Shown here piece after piece: positions 52,585-64,000 of a stretch of 64,000 nucleotides of DNA; positions within the stretch are counted from its first letter, which is position 1; every line of letters begins with the position of its first letter. The notes below the pieces were generated by a model. The model worked only from the letters and a program-made list of their open reading frames with translations, had not been told where the DNA came from and searched no databases. The translations under genes were made by a program, and so were the position numbers. Source of the DNA: Leucoraja ocellata (taxonomy: Eukaryota). The DNA lies in NCBI GenBank assembly GCA_036785375.1, contig JAWMAR010000463.1:744001-808000 (forward strand). Direction: 5' to 3'.

Positions 52585-53110
52585 ACTGAGGTCACCGTGT
52601 TGGAAGCTCTGGAGTGCTGGGACTGCCGACTTTAGCACTGTGGAGCTGTGGTCTGCGAAGCTCCCAGCCGCGGGTGGCGCTGACTTTAACATCGCTGAGC
52701 CCTGGGATTTTTCGTCGAGGTCGCCAGTGTTGGAGCTCTGCCCAGCTCGGCCTATGGACTTCGGGAGCCGCGGTCTCCAGTAGGAAGCAGCCGATTCGGA
52801 ACCCCAAGCCGCTGAGAGTGTTCTTCGATTACGCCATCATCCGGCGAGAGGGCCTGAAACATCGGGCTGCCCGCCGTTGCGGCGACTGCGGAGGCATCAA
52901 TAGGCCTCCGACCACGGGTGAACAAGAGGAAGAAGACTGAACTTTGTTGCCTTCCCTCTCAGTTGGAAACGTTGATTCCGCTGTGGGGGATGTTTTATGT
53001 TTAATGTTAAATTCTATAGTGTGGTATTTATCTTATTTGTATGCTGCATGGTAAATCAAATTTCACTGCACCAATTGGTGTATGTGACAATAAATGTCCT
53101 TTGTCCTTTA
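52585..53110 (+). mobile_element. CpG-rich interspersed repeat with AATAAA-type tail, unclassified
   Basis: GC-rich block ending tttcactgcaccaattggtgtatgtgacaataaatgtcctttgtcc. No exon signature found. Confidence 0.5.
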
Positions 53111-53519
53111 TGATTCTATATCACCTGATCAAGATAATAGTTTAACTTTCTCAGATGCAATAAATGCTGCCCTGCCAATAATGCCCACATCTCAAAAAAG
53201 CAAATAGGTTTGACCGTAAATAGGTTGAATGTCATTACTATGAAGTAACATAGATCTGTGCAAGAACACATGAAAATAAGAGCTGGAGTAAACCATCAGG
53301 CCCATTAAGCCAATCCCATCATTCAATATATTCATCTTAACTGTCCTCAACTCCTCTTCTGTGCCAGTTCCCCATAACCAATTCAAATAATTTTAAATAT
53401 AAATGTAAGATCTGGGTGGCAGAGAATTCCAGAGATTCACCACCTTCTGAGAGAAGGAAATTCGACACAACACAGTTCTAAATAATTGGCGGCTTATTTG
53501 GCAGATTTGCCATGGATGC

Positions 53520-53950
53520 CCTCCACCGAAAACGGTGTCTGAGACGGGCCGGGAAAATCATCAAAGACCCCTCTCACCCAAACCATTGACTGTTTGCCCT
53601 CCTCCCATCAGGGAGGTGGTACAGGAGCCTCAGGTCTCGCACAAACAGGCTGAGGAACAGCTTTTTCAACAACACCATTACACTGCTGAACTCGGAGTCC
53701 CAACGCTAGCCATCCTTAGACTCTCCCACTTGTATACAGTTATCTGCCTATGTATCAGTTTTAATTCATCCACAATCCACACATTGTTAACCAGTATTTT
53801 TTTTAACTTTTATTGTATGCCAACTTTGTATTTTTATTTTTACTTCTACTATCTTGCACTATGACATTGACCAGACGCTAAACTGCATTTCGTTGTACCT
53901 ATACTTGTATTTGTGCAATGACAATAAAGTTGAATTGAATTGAATTGAAT
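53520..53950 (+). mobile_element. Rex1/L2-like LINE 3' end with (GAATT)n tail
   Basis: IIKDPSHPNH.LFALLPSGRWYRSL...RLRNSFF, followed by gacaataaagttgaattgaattgaattg. Confidence 0.75.
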
Positions 53951-54749
53951 ATGTCTCCTTATTTGTGACTACAATATTCCAATCTTTTCTTTAAGAGCCA
54001 AAATGAGTAATCATTCAGATTTTGTTTTTAAATCAATTCTTGTATGGAATGGATCGCACAAAATATTGAAAACAGCACTCTTCCCTCTACAAAATCGAAA
54101 AACATTTGATCTAACACAAGACCAATGAAATAAACATATCCCTTTGGTGTGAGTAAAGGTATCAATGTTCTTTAAGTACAGCGAACGGGCTTTCGTCATG
54201 CCCACTAATTTTACACACTCCTCCACCATATATCATGATCAAATTCCATAACTCTGAATGGATTCAAACCCACTTTAGATTCAGATTGGCTCCTGAATCA
54301 ACACCTGAGCCAGGGATATTGACAATAACTCTCTTTACTAATGTGCTGGCTTCACACAACAATTTTATATTTATGTTTATCTGTGTTGTGCCTGAATTAG
54401 CCTAAGATTTCAATTTCTGAAACAAAAACTGGTACCTTCTCCAAGATGCATTTTTAATTCCTGATGATACAACAGTGAGCACAAATTCCACCACTTACAC
54501 TGTGAGAAATGTTTACATCAGGCTGCAAATGCAAAAATATACAAGAACAATCATCCTCTTTCATGAACAAGGTTAATTCAAGGATACAATTTACATTCTG
54601 TATTCTCCAGTGAACTTCAAGTCTGACTGTCTGTAAAGTTTCAGTACAGTTTTTTTGTTAACTGTCCAGGTGCTGATAAACTTTCCTGAACAAACAACCA
54701 TTGAATTATAAAGGAATAAAGTAGACATAGAGGGGATAATCATAAAGAT

Positions 54750-55368
54750 TGGCCGTGTCATTCAATTGTTACCGGTGGGTGGAACATAGCAGGAGACTAT
54801 GCAGCCGCCACATGTTCATGGGTGGTTGCCGGGGAGTCGCCTTCATGGTCATGAGGAGTTCCTGCATTCTGGGAACTAGTCGCGGCTTCACTATGGTCAA
54901 CGTAAATTTTTCAACACGTTGAAAAATTAGTGACATCTAGAATGAAGCCGCCATGGAGAGTAGCAATAATTCTCGTGCTGTAGGTGGGTCGCCAAGAGGT
55001 TCTTGTGGGTTGCCAGGAGATTGAAGGTTCTCGTAGGATCTTGTAGGTTGTAGCCGGTACGGACCGGTGAATTTCATTGGCTCATTGGGGAAAACAAACG
55101 TAAGTAGTAGTTTTCAGAACCAAGGATAATCGCCGAACTTCACAACCGTGTATCTGGCTTCTTAAAAGTTGTCTGGCTTCTTTAAAGATGTCTCCACTCG
55201 TTTTGCCCCCTCTCCCCCCCCTCTTTTAAAGGACTTACCATATACTGTGCTTTAGCCATCTTAATTACAGCGCCAACCTTCCTGTTCATCGCGGTGTGTG
55301 TCTGTATCACCTTGGTTTAGCACCATGTGAATTTCAGACAGCGCTCTCCCCGCTTGCCCTGTCCCCCG

Positions 55369-55408
<40 letters not shown>

Positions 55409-55501
55409 CACTCTGACAATCGCCGTTCCAGTTGCCGCTTTTTCAGGCAACTGCCGGCAACTTGACAGTCGCCTGAAAATTTGCCTATGTGGGACAGGCC
55501 C
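54750..55501. mobile_element. Truncated PIF/Harbinger-like non-autonomous element containing a (TG)n microsatellite (about 55370-55405)
   Basis: Ends in gtgggacaggccc, the same terminal repeat as the adjacent MITE. Superfamily assignment is inference. Confidence 0.55.
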
Positions 55502-55589
55502 ATTAGGCAAACATTGGCAATTTGCCAAGGCAACTGTGAATAAGTCTGATTAATGTATACATCTTAAATGGGGTAGGTTGCAGAGCAAA

Positions 55590-55807
55590 GGGCCTGTCCC
55601 ACTTTCACAACCTAATTCACAACCTTTTTTACTCATGGACATTTTTCATCACATTAGAAAAACGCCACGAGTACCTACGATTCGCATCACGGCATGCTAC
55701 GATCCACCAACGACCTCCTAAGACCTTGTGACAACCATGGTGCAAGTATTAGTCAAGGGCAAACTCGGCAGAGGTCGTGAATTAGGTCGTGTACGTGGGA
55801 CAGGCCC
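55590..55807. mobile_element. MITE with GGGCCTGTCCCAC terminal inverted repeats
   Basis: gggcctgtcccac...gtgggacaggccc, with subterminal acctaattcac / gtgaattaggt inverted repeats. Confidence 0.8.
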
Positions 55808-56114
55808 TTTAGGACTGATTATATATATGGGAGTTGAGGTTAAAAGATGTGCAAATTGTTGAGAACATAAACTGTTGTAATGCATGATAATGTGTTACAA
55901 TTTGTAGCAGTTGCTATCATAGGATCACATGGTATATTATTCTTTTAAAGTTTCCTGTAAAATTACTATTAACAGCATGAGCTTAATTAAAATGCATTAG
56001 TTTTAATAAACTTTTAAAGAGAGTTTTGGATTGGGTAGTTTAATTTTTTACCCCACCCAAGCGTGTTTGATCCAAACACAGTAAACACATGTCAAGGAGA
56101 ACTATCAGAAACTT

Positions 56115-56880
56115 TAAGTTCTTTTCTTTTTCTTGAAGAGGGGCACAATATATTTAATCTTTGATGCTGTGATGTTGGGGATTACGATGACGCTGGGTCT
56201 ACAGTCGCAGTAGGGTGAACTTGCATGACGTGATTTATTTATAGTGAAGGGCAATATTGACATGAAGGTTCGGATCCGCGTGGGGGTACAATCCCTCATC
56301 ATCGGTGTGCATGTGAGGAAACGCTGGCGATCTCGGGCTTGTCCCAGCAGAGGGGTCTTGAATTCGAAGGAGGAATGCTGTTGGGCTAGTCGAGGTGGCT
56401 AAGCCCTGGCCTTGAAGGAAGAGGTGCAGCAATCTCAGCCTTGACTTTAAAGGAGCCGCTGATTGTCTCGGGCTTGTCTTGAAGGCTCACTCTTGACCTT
56501 GAAAAGAATGTGCAGGCAGTCTCAGGCTTGTCCTGACGGCTCAGTATTCCTCCAAGCCTGCAAAAGGAGAACACAGCTAGTAGGGAGGTTCCCCACTTTC
56601 TCTCTCTTCCTCTCTTCTTTCTTCCTTTCTCACCTTCTTCCTTTCTCTCTCCCTCTCCCTTTCCCTTTTCCCTGGCTGGAGGGTGCCGAGGTGCAGATGG
56701 GCCAATCCAATAACAGCTAATTGGCCATAGCTATTGTTCATTTGGCTGTGGCCTCAACTCAAACCAGAGCTCTGTCCAGGGTCGTTTTTAGCAGCCAAGT
56801 GCTGTTCGTGGCACTGCTTGTTGTCTTCTCTTGACCTATCTGCCGCCGGTGACAGGGATCAGAGCGGCACACCAGGAAGG
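56115..56880. repeat. Unclassified interspersed repeat, copy 1
   Basis: Colinear with 61575-62345, sharing gccaat(c/t)caataacagctaattgg...tttggctgtggcc. Confidence 0.7.
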
Positions 56881-57074
56881 AGGTGCTGTCACAATGCAGA
56901 GAAATAACAAGATGCTGTTGAGAGAATGAGATTAGAAAAAAAGTAAAGGATTCACATAGGCTGTGAGGAATAAAAATGTCAGTGGACGTGGCAACCACTT
57001 TGTCCACGGATAGATTCCCCAGCCATGGACCAACTGGCAAAAGTGTTTGTGGACATGTTTAACCTCTCTCTCCG

Positions 57075-58510
57075 TTCCACTCTGAGATTCCAACCAGCTT
57101 TAAGATGACCAGTATCATGCCGATGCCAGAAAAACAAAGTAGCTTGTCTTAATGACTACCATTCAGTGGCTCTGACATTGCTGCGGTGAAGTGCTTCAAG
57201 TGGCAGGTGCACATTAACTCTCCTCCAGCCAGCCTTGACTGCAATTCGCCTACTGTTGCAACTGGTCCACATCAGATGCCATCTCATTGGCCCTTCACTC
57301 ATCCCTGGTACATTTGGATATCAAGGACACGTTCATCAGATTCCTGTTTATTGACAATAATAGCTTTGCCTACAACACCATAATCATAACCAAATGCATA
57401 TTTCCAAAACCCACAATATAGGACTCAGCATCGCTTTTGAAAATGAACCATTGACATTGACTCATAGACCCTAATAAATAAGCCAGGCAACAAATATCCT
57501 CTACATTAATTCTCAAAGCAATGATCTGCAAGGATGCTTTCCCCGCGCCCTACTATACTCCCTGTACAATCATTACTGTGAGGCCAAATTCTGCTGTAAC
57601 TCCATTTACACATTTACAGATAACACCATCATAGTGGGTCAGATCTTGAACAATAACTAGAAGTGCAGGAAGGAGATACCGATCTTATGATGCCAAGACT
57701 GCAACCTCTCGCTAAATGTCAGCAAGACAAAGGAGCTGGTCACTGACTTCAAGAAGCAGTGTGGTGCACCACCCAAGTCTGCACCAATGTGTGATGAAGT
57801 GCAGATAGCTGAGAGCTTTAAGTTCCTGGATATAAATACATCAAGAATTTGTCCTGGTTTAACCACATTTGCGCTATGGCCAAGAAAGCACACAAAATTA
57901 CACATCCTCAGAAGCTAAGTAGTTTGGCATGTCTTCAACAAGCTTTATCCATTTCTATTGATGCACCATTAAAAGCATCCTACCAGAATGCATCACAACT
58001 GTTTGAGTGTAGTTTAGAGATACAACGTGGAAACAGGCCCTTCAGCCCACCGAGTCCATGCCAACCAACGATCACTGGATGCTTTCAAGCGAGAGCTAGA
58101 TAGGGCTCTGAAAAATAGCGGAGTCAGGGGATATGGGGAGAAGGCAGGAACGGGGTACTGATTGGGGATGATCAGCCATGATCACATTGAATGGCGGTGC
58201 TGGCACGAAGGGCCAAATGACCTACTCCTGCACCTATTGTCTATTGTCACCCATACACTAGTTCTATCATGCACACTAGGGATAATTTACAGAGGCCAAT
58301 TAAACTACAAACCTGCATGTCTTTGGAATGTGAGAGGAAACCCACACAGTCACTGGGAGAACGTGCAAATTCCATACATACTGTACCCATAGTCAGAATT
58401 GAATCCGGGTCTCTGAAGCTGTAAGGCAGCAACTCTACTGCTGTGCCACTGTGCCGCCCAAGACCGCAGAAAGTTGTGGATGCAGACGAATCCATCGTTT
58501 GAACCAGTCT
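57075..58510 (+). mobile_element. Rex1/Babar-like LINE RT fragment with a nested V-SINE (about 58010-58458, -) that itself contains a CR1 tail (about 58077-58246, +)
   Basis: LNDYHSVALT, FTDNT and SKTKELVTDF motifs. The LINE resumes at gaccgcagaaagttgtgg after the SINE, and the SINE is split at gatcac|...|tcaccc. Confidence 0.7.
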
Positions 58511-58541
58511 CAGACTGGCCTCAGAGCAGCGTCACCCGCTT

Positions 58542-58569
58542 CTGAAGAAGGGTCTCGACCCGAAACGTC
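58542..58569 (+). ncRNA. Minimal hammerhead ribozyme-like core in a solo Penelope terminal repeat (about 58540-58640)
   Basis: CUGAAGA-A-GGGU-CUCG-ACCC-GAAACGUC, with a perfect stem II and a GUC triplet. Confidence 0.6.
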
Positions 58570-59119
58570 GCCTATTCCTTCGCTCCATAGATTCTGCCTC
58601 ATCCGCTGAGTTTCTCCAGCTTTTTTGTTTACCTTCAATACCGACAGTAAAGCCCAGAAGGTGAACGGCCATGCCGGCGGCTTTGTGCAGGATGCGGTAT
58701 AGCCAGAGCTCGGCGCTCCTCGCCGCTCGGCCATTGCGGCGAGGAAGGTACCGGAGAAGACAGAAATCTGCGGGCCGGATAATTTCTGGGGAAAGAATAT
58801 GCCTGCGGACCGGATGATTTCGGGTTAGGGGCCGCATTCAGCCCGGGGGCCATGGGTTGCCGACCCCTGCTGTAGCACAATATTCAGCACTCTGGTTATT
58901 TTTCTCTTTACGTGACCTGTTGTTCTTGTGTATGGCTTTTTAGTTCTCATGTTTAGTACGATTTGACTGGTTAGCACGCAAACAATGTTTTTCACTGTAT
59001 CTCTGTGTACATCATAATAATAAATCAATATCAATCAGACAAAAAACGTTTGCTGCTTGACCCGATGAGTATTTCCAGCAACTCAAATGTGTGTCAATTC
59101 GTCATTTCTGATACTTCTC

Positions 59120-59910
59120 CAGCATTTTATCGGGATGCATCACACCATGGTTTGGGAACAGCTCCATCCAACACCATAAGAAATTGCAGAGAATTGTGGA
59201 AGTAGCCCAGACCATCACACAAACTAACCTCCTTTCCATCGACTTCATCTACACATCACGCTGCCTCATGAGAAAAACATTTTTTACAGAGAGTGGTGAA
59301 TCTGTGGAATTCTCTGCCACAGAATGTAGTTGAGGCCAGTTCATTGGCTATATTTAAGAGGGAGTTAGATGTGGCCCTTGTGGCTAAAGGGATCAGGGGG
59401 TATGGAGAGAAAGCAGGTACAGGATACTGAGTTGGATGATCAGCCATGATCATATTGAATGGTGGTACAGGCTCGAAGGGCCGAATGGCGTACTCCTGCA
59501 CCTATTTTCTATGTTTCTATGTTTCTCAGCAAGGCCACCAGCATAATCAAGGGCGAGTATCACCCCAGACACTCTCTCATCTCCCCTCTCTCATCAGGCC
59601 AGAGGTACAGAAGTATGAAAATGCATACTTGCACATTCAGATCCAATTTCTTCCCAGCTGTTATCAAGGCAACTGAAGCATCCTAACATCAACTAGAGAG
59701 CAATCCTGACCTACCATCTATTTCAAACCCTCGGACCATCTTTAATCAATTTACTGGGTTTTATCTTGCACTAAATATTGCTCTCTTTATTCTGTATCTA
59801 CATACGGTAGACGCCTTGATTGTTATCATATATATTCTTTCCATTGACTAGATAGCATGCAACAAAAAAGCTTTTCACTGTACATCGGTACACATGACAA
59901 TATACTAAAT
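59120..59910 (+). mobile_element. Rex1/L2-like LINE 3' end interrupted by HER1/CR1 (about 59270-59525)
   Basis: gctgcctca|CR1|ctcagcaaggccaccagcataatcaag, with a PLSSGQRYRS...FFPAVIK C-terminus. Confidence 0.75.
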
Positions 59911-60627
59911 CAACATTTTATCTGTAATATTTATTTAAATGTTTATAACTTTTTTTTGGTTCTTACTAGATTATTGTTATTATCTATATTCCCTTTGCTT
60001 ATGAATGTCTTGGCCCCTTTTGTTTAGTTCTTTTTTTTCCAATCCTCGGGCTTACTGCTAATTTTGGCAACTACAAGCCTTTTCTTTTGATCTAAAGGTA
60101 TCTTTAACTTGTTAGTTACAGCTGTACCACTTTTCTGCTGGAATGTTGTGCCTTAAAGGGATATATAATTTGCTACATTTTAATTTCTTAAATGTCAGGC
60201 ATAGTTTCAATACGTTTTACTGACCTACCATTACGTTCAACTGACTTTATATCATCGTTTATAATCCGGGAACAAATCATTTTCCATTTTGTATCAAGAT
60301 TAATTATCCTGAAATAATGACTATTTTTACAGTAAATGTCACCCATTACTTTTTCCATTGCTGTCATTAATTAATCTGTCTTGTTATGAACATTGCAAGC
60401 ATTCAGAGAAAAATCCTTCAGTTCTGCCTTGCAACTATTTTTCCATGCAACAACTTTAACTGTAAATATACGAGCACTTGTATGCTCTGGCTCTTCCTGA
60501 TGATTGGCTGCCATTACCCTTTCTGTCAGCCACAAAGTGCATTGTGTTTTCTCTAACTTACTAAATTTCTATTCACTTGAACCCAGTCCTCAGTTTCAGC
60601 TGTATCTGAAACCATAGTTATTCAGTT

Positions 60628-60922
60628 TTGTTTTAGTTTTAGAGATACAGCGTGGAAACAGGTCCTTTGGCCCACAGAGACCACGGCAACCGTGATCACC
60701 CGCACACTTGTTCTATCCTACACATTAGGGACAATTTACAGGAGCCAATTAACCTCCGAAAAATGCATGTCTTTCGAATGTGGGAGGAAACCGGAGCACC
60801 CGGAGGAAACCCACGCCGTCACAGGGAGAATGTACAAACTCTGCTCAGACAGCACCCGTGGTCAGGATCGAACCCCGGTCTCTGGCGCTGCAAGCAGCAG
60901 CTCTACGGCTGCGCTCCTGCGC
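60628..60922 (-). mobile_element. tRNA-derived V-SINE (HE1-like), near full length
   Basis: On the - strand: A-box-like gcgcagccgtagag, B box GGTTCGATCC, central gggtttcctccgggtgctccggtttcctcccaca and a CR1-like tail ending (ctaaa)n. Confidence 0.85.
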
Positions 60923-61574
60923 TTTAGCTCAATAGTTCTAGATCAATACAAGTGACGTCCATCGCAATAGAACATTTTCCTTTTTGTACGGTGTCAGTGC
61001 TCCATAAAGTGACATCCATTTCTCCCACCCAATTTTTCAGCCACACATTCAACTCAAGTCCTGTGGCCTTTCTTGTCTTCTGCACTCTCAGAATGTTCTT
61101 GACATCATGTGGAATTACATGAATTGGGATTGTTTTCTGTGATGAGGTTCATGGGAGGAAGATGAGATGGATCATCCACTTCGCAACTGACTTATTGTGG
61201 GTGTAAATGCTTCAGGCGTGACTTTAGCACTTACAAACTGGATCTTCGCACTTACAAACTGGATATAAGAATGGCAATATTCTTGAAGCTTCCTGCTCCA
61301 TGTGGTTTAATTATCTACCACTGCTCTTGATTAAACGTGTTAGGAAGTAGAGTTTTGATGCGATCCGGCAGTTTAATTTATTTTGTTTATTATTTACAAT
61401 TTATTTGAATACTTGAAGCAACAGTAACAAGATAGATGAACTGATGGCACTACTAGAGATAAACTGGACTGATTCAGTAGCCATCGGAGAGACAGGGTGA
61501 CTAAGGCTGGCATACAAAAGGGTATGGAGAATGGGAATGAAACTGGAGCAGCTCTGCCAATAAGAACCATATTA

Positions 61575-62345
61575 GAACTTTTGGGAAAAATTGTCTTCAA
61601 ACAAAAATTGGCCGGGTCCACAACAACTACATTGACACACTCGCTGTAGGGTAAACTCACGCGATAAGGTTTGTTTATAGGGAATGACGTCAGTGGCAAG
61701 AAGGTCCAGGACCACTTGAGGGTGCAGTCCCTCGTCGTTTGTAGGCAAGCAAGGAGGAGCTGGCAATCTCAATCTTGTCCCTGTAGTGCACTCTTGCCTT
61801 GAGAAAAGGTGCCGGCAATTTCATGCTTGTCCTGGTGGCAATGTCTTGGCATTGAAGAGGAGACGCTGGAGGTCTCAGGCTTGTCCTTGAAGCTCAGCCT
61901 TGGCCTCAAAGCAGGTGCTTGCAGTCTTGGGCTTACCACAGCACCTCAATCTTGGCTGTCGAAGGCTCGTCCCTGTCTTCCTCCAAGCCCGTAAAAGGGA
62001 AACAAAGCTAATAGGAAGGCACCCCACTCTCTCCCTTCCTCTTTCTTCCTTTGTCTCCAGCTTCCTCTTTCTTGCTTGTTTCCTCTCTCCTGCTTCCTCT
62101 CTCCCTCCTGCTGTCTGAAACTGCCTTGACTTTTAGGGAAGGGGGTGAAGAAGAGCAGATGAGCCAATTCAATAACAGCTAATTGGAAACAGCTGTGCTC
62201 CTTTGGCTGTGGCCGCAACTCAGTCCAGACCGCTATCCAGGGAGCCTGATGTTTTCCAGCAGCCATGCACTGTCCAATGTGCTGGTTTGCGGCTCCTCAT
62301 AGCCCATCTGCCATTTACGGGGATTAGAGCAGCACACAATGGATG
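61575..62345. repeat. Unclassified interspersed repeat, copy 2
   Basis: Same orientation and motif order as 56115-56880, with internal ctcaggcttgtcctt subrepeats. Confidence 0.7.
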
Positions 62346-62789
62346 ATGCGCCATCACACACAGAAATCAAACTAGCAAAGATGCACTGGAGGACAAGTTC
62401 AGGGGATGTATTTGAGTCCAATTCGTAGAAAAATACTGCGTGGACCAAACTTTGGAGGAAGCTATTTTCCAACTCATCATGTGGGATTAATTACTGAACT
62501 CATAATGAAACATCGTTCACGTAAAAGGAAAGAATCTCACACTAATTAGTGACAGCAAGATTCCAAAACTAGGTGTTTAACTTAAATAAAGATAAACATA
62601 AATTGGGAAACGGAATTCAAAGGTCTAGAGGTATTTTATTGTCATGTTTACTAGTTAAAAACCATGACAGTGGATAAACTGTGGCAGACATTAAAATAAA
62701 TAACTCTCAGAGGAGTAAATATCGCAAGAATCACGACATTGCACACAATGTTAAGTATGAGAACTGGATGAATGTTAGCGGGGAGAAAA

Positions 62790-63075
62790 AAGTGTTGTAA
62801 GCTACTAAGGGAAATATGAGGTGCTGTTCCTCCAGTTTGCGTATGGCCTCACTCTGGCAATTCAGGTGGCCCAGGACAGAAAGTTCAATAGGGGAATGGG
62901 AAGGGGAGCTAAAATGTTCAGCAACCAGAAAATCCAGCAGGTCTTGGTGGACCAAATGCAAGTGTTTGGCGAGAAGGTCGCATAGTTTTCGCTTGGTCTC
63001 ATAAGAATATGTCTTTGTAAAGAAGGTCACATGGGCATCAAATACAGTAGATGAGGTTAGACAAATTTGAATCTA
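62790..63075 (-). mobile_element. Penelope-like GIY-YIG fragment
   Basis: ORF 62731..63030 reads ETKRKL...VAEHFSSPSHS...CQSEAIRKLEEQHLIF. Confidence 0.8.
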
Positions 63076-63908
63076 TGTAGAGACCAGTCATTGTGTGCAC
63101 GTATTTGGACCATTGGCCTTTTTTCTTTTTATTAACGACTTAAGAGATTGCAATATGAGAGTCAGCTGATGATTGGAACGGTAGGACACATTTTAAGAGT
63201 ATAGATAAGGAGGTGTGTTGGGTGATTGACTCAGCACTAGCAAATGATCTCTAACCCTGATAGGCTGAACAACTGTGTGTGAGAGGAGTATAAATGCACA
63301 AAATCGCCACCCCATCAATCACTAAAGCATTAAAGGATAAACAAAAATATATACACAAACATTTGCTGCACTGATAGAAAAACAGTGAAGCAAACCAGTG
63401 ATATACCTAGTTCTGGCTGCCAAAGTAATACATCTGAAAAGAACTATCGGCATCCAATATTAAAGTACATCTAACCACATCTCAGTCCTAAGTAACACAA
63501 TGTGGATTTTATCCTTAAACAACAGTAGCTAGAACAGGCGGTCATCTCACTCACTGAATGCCAACTAGCATCAGTTTCTGGTTTGGGCAGACATCACCTC
63601 ATTGACAAAAGGTGCATACTGCACAAATCCACGACTAAATTGATCTCCACAATTAGTTAGGATTTTTTACACCAGTTCACCCACATCAAATCCACCTGCC
63701 TAACAGGGCACTGTCCAAATTCTTCACTCACTACACACTAAATTTGCAGATCATGAAGCCTTGTTGAAAGCCTGATACAAGCTTGCGTCATTTCCCATTA
63801 ACATTCTGATAGCAACTAATATTTCAAGTGTCGTAGATAAGAATGACCTTCAGAAGCCTAATTAAGATTTAGCTGGGAACTGAAAATTTGATTTACGTGG
63901 TCTTTTAC

Positions 63909-63983
63909 CTTTCCCTGAAGTAAGAGAGACCAGTGCCATAAAGCTGTTGCTGTCTGCTTGTCCTCTTGACGTTTTTCCAACAG
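63909..63983 (-). CDS. SFI1: SFI1 exon (LLEKRQEDKQTATALWHWSLLLQGK); gene continues beyond the window
   Basis: gacttatgcag|CTG...AAG|GTAAAA, 75 nt. Resembles human [22 protein letters not shown]. Phase 0 joins 51957. Confidence 0.93.
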
Positions 63984-64000
63984 CTGCATAAGTCACAAAA

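Noticed and set aside
52592-52940. CpG-rich ORFs as an embedded gene or promoter
   Set aside because: The block ends in a retroposon-like tail and lies within an SFI1 intron whose flanking exons join in frame. A repeat is more likely.
60860-60922. tRNA gene suggested by A and B boxes
   Set aside because: It is the head of a V-SINE, contiguous with the SINE body and tail.

Overview
Vertebrate genomic DNA. The repeat complement (HER1/CR1 tails, HE1-like V-SINEs, Penelope-type fragments) points to a cartilaginous fish, probably a skate or ray; this is inference. Two genes lie tail-to-tail, as on human 22q12. PISD (phosphatidylserine decarboxylase) is on the + strand: a complete short isoform of 7 coding exons (2686-24711, 377 aa, all GT-AG, phases consistent), with an intact D/H/S triad and LGST self-cleavage motif. 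The mitochondrial-isoform 5' exons were not found and presumably lie upstream. The 3' part of SFI1 is on the - strand: 8 clear coding exons from 63983 to 26915, plus one unresolved exon near 39.5 kb. Introns contain CR1, Rex1/L2-like, Penelope-like, V-SINE, Tc1 and PIF/Harbinger-like relics. Notable signals are: (1) an 11-nt PISD element that is at once a splice donor, a uORF stop and the start of an alternative N-terminus; (2) minimal hammerhead-ribozyme cores in Penelope-derived repeats; (3) an SFI1 reading-frame break, with a same-strand Tc1 whose DNA-binding domain is open in frame to phase-matched acceptors; (4) converging poly(A) signals about 30 nt apart. All calls were made by eye and from recalled homolog sequences, and repeat boundaries are approximate.
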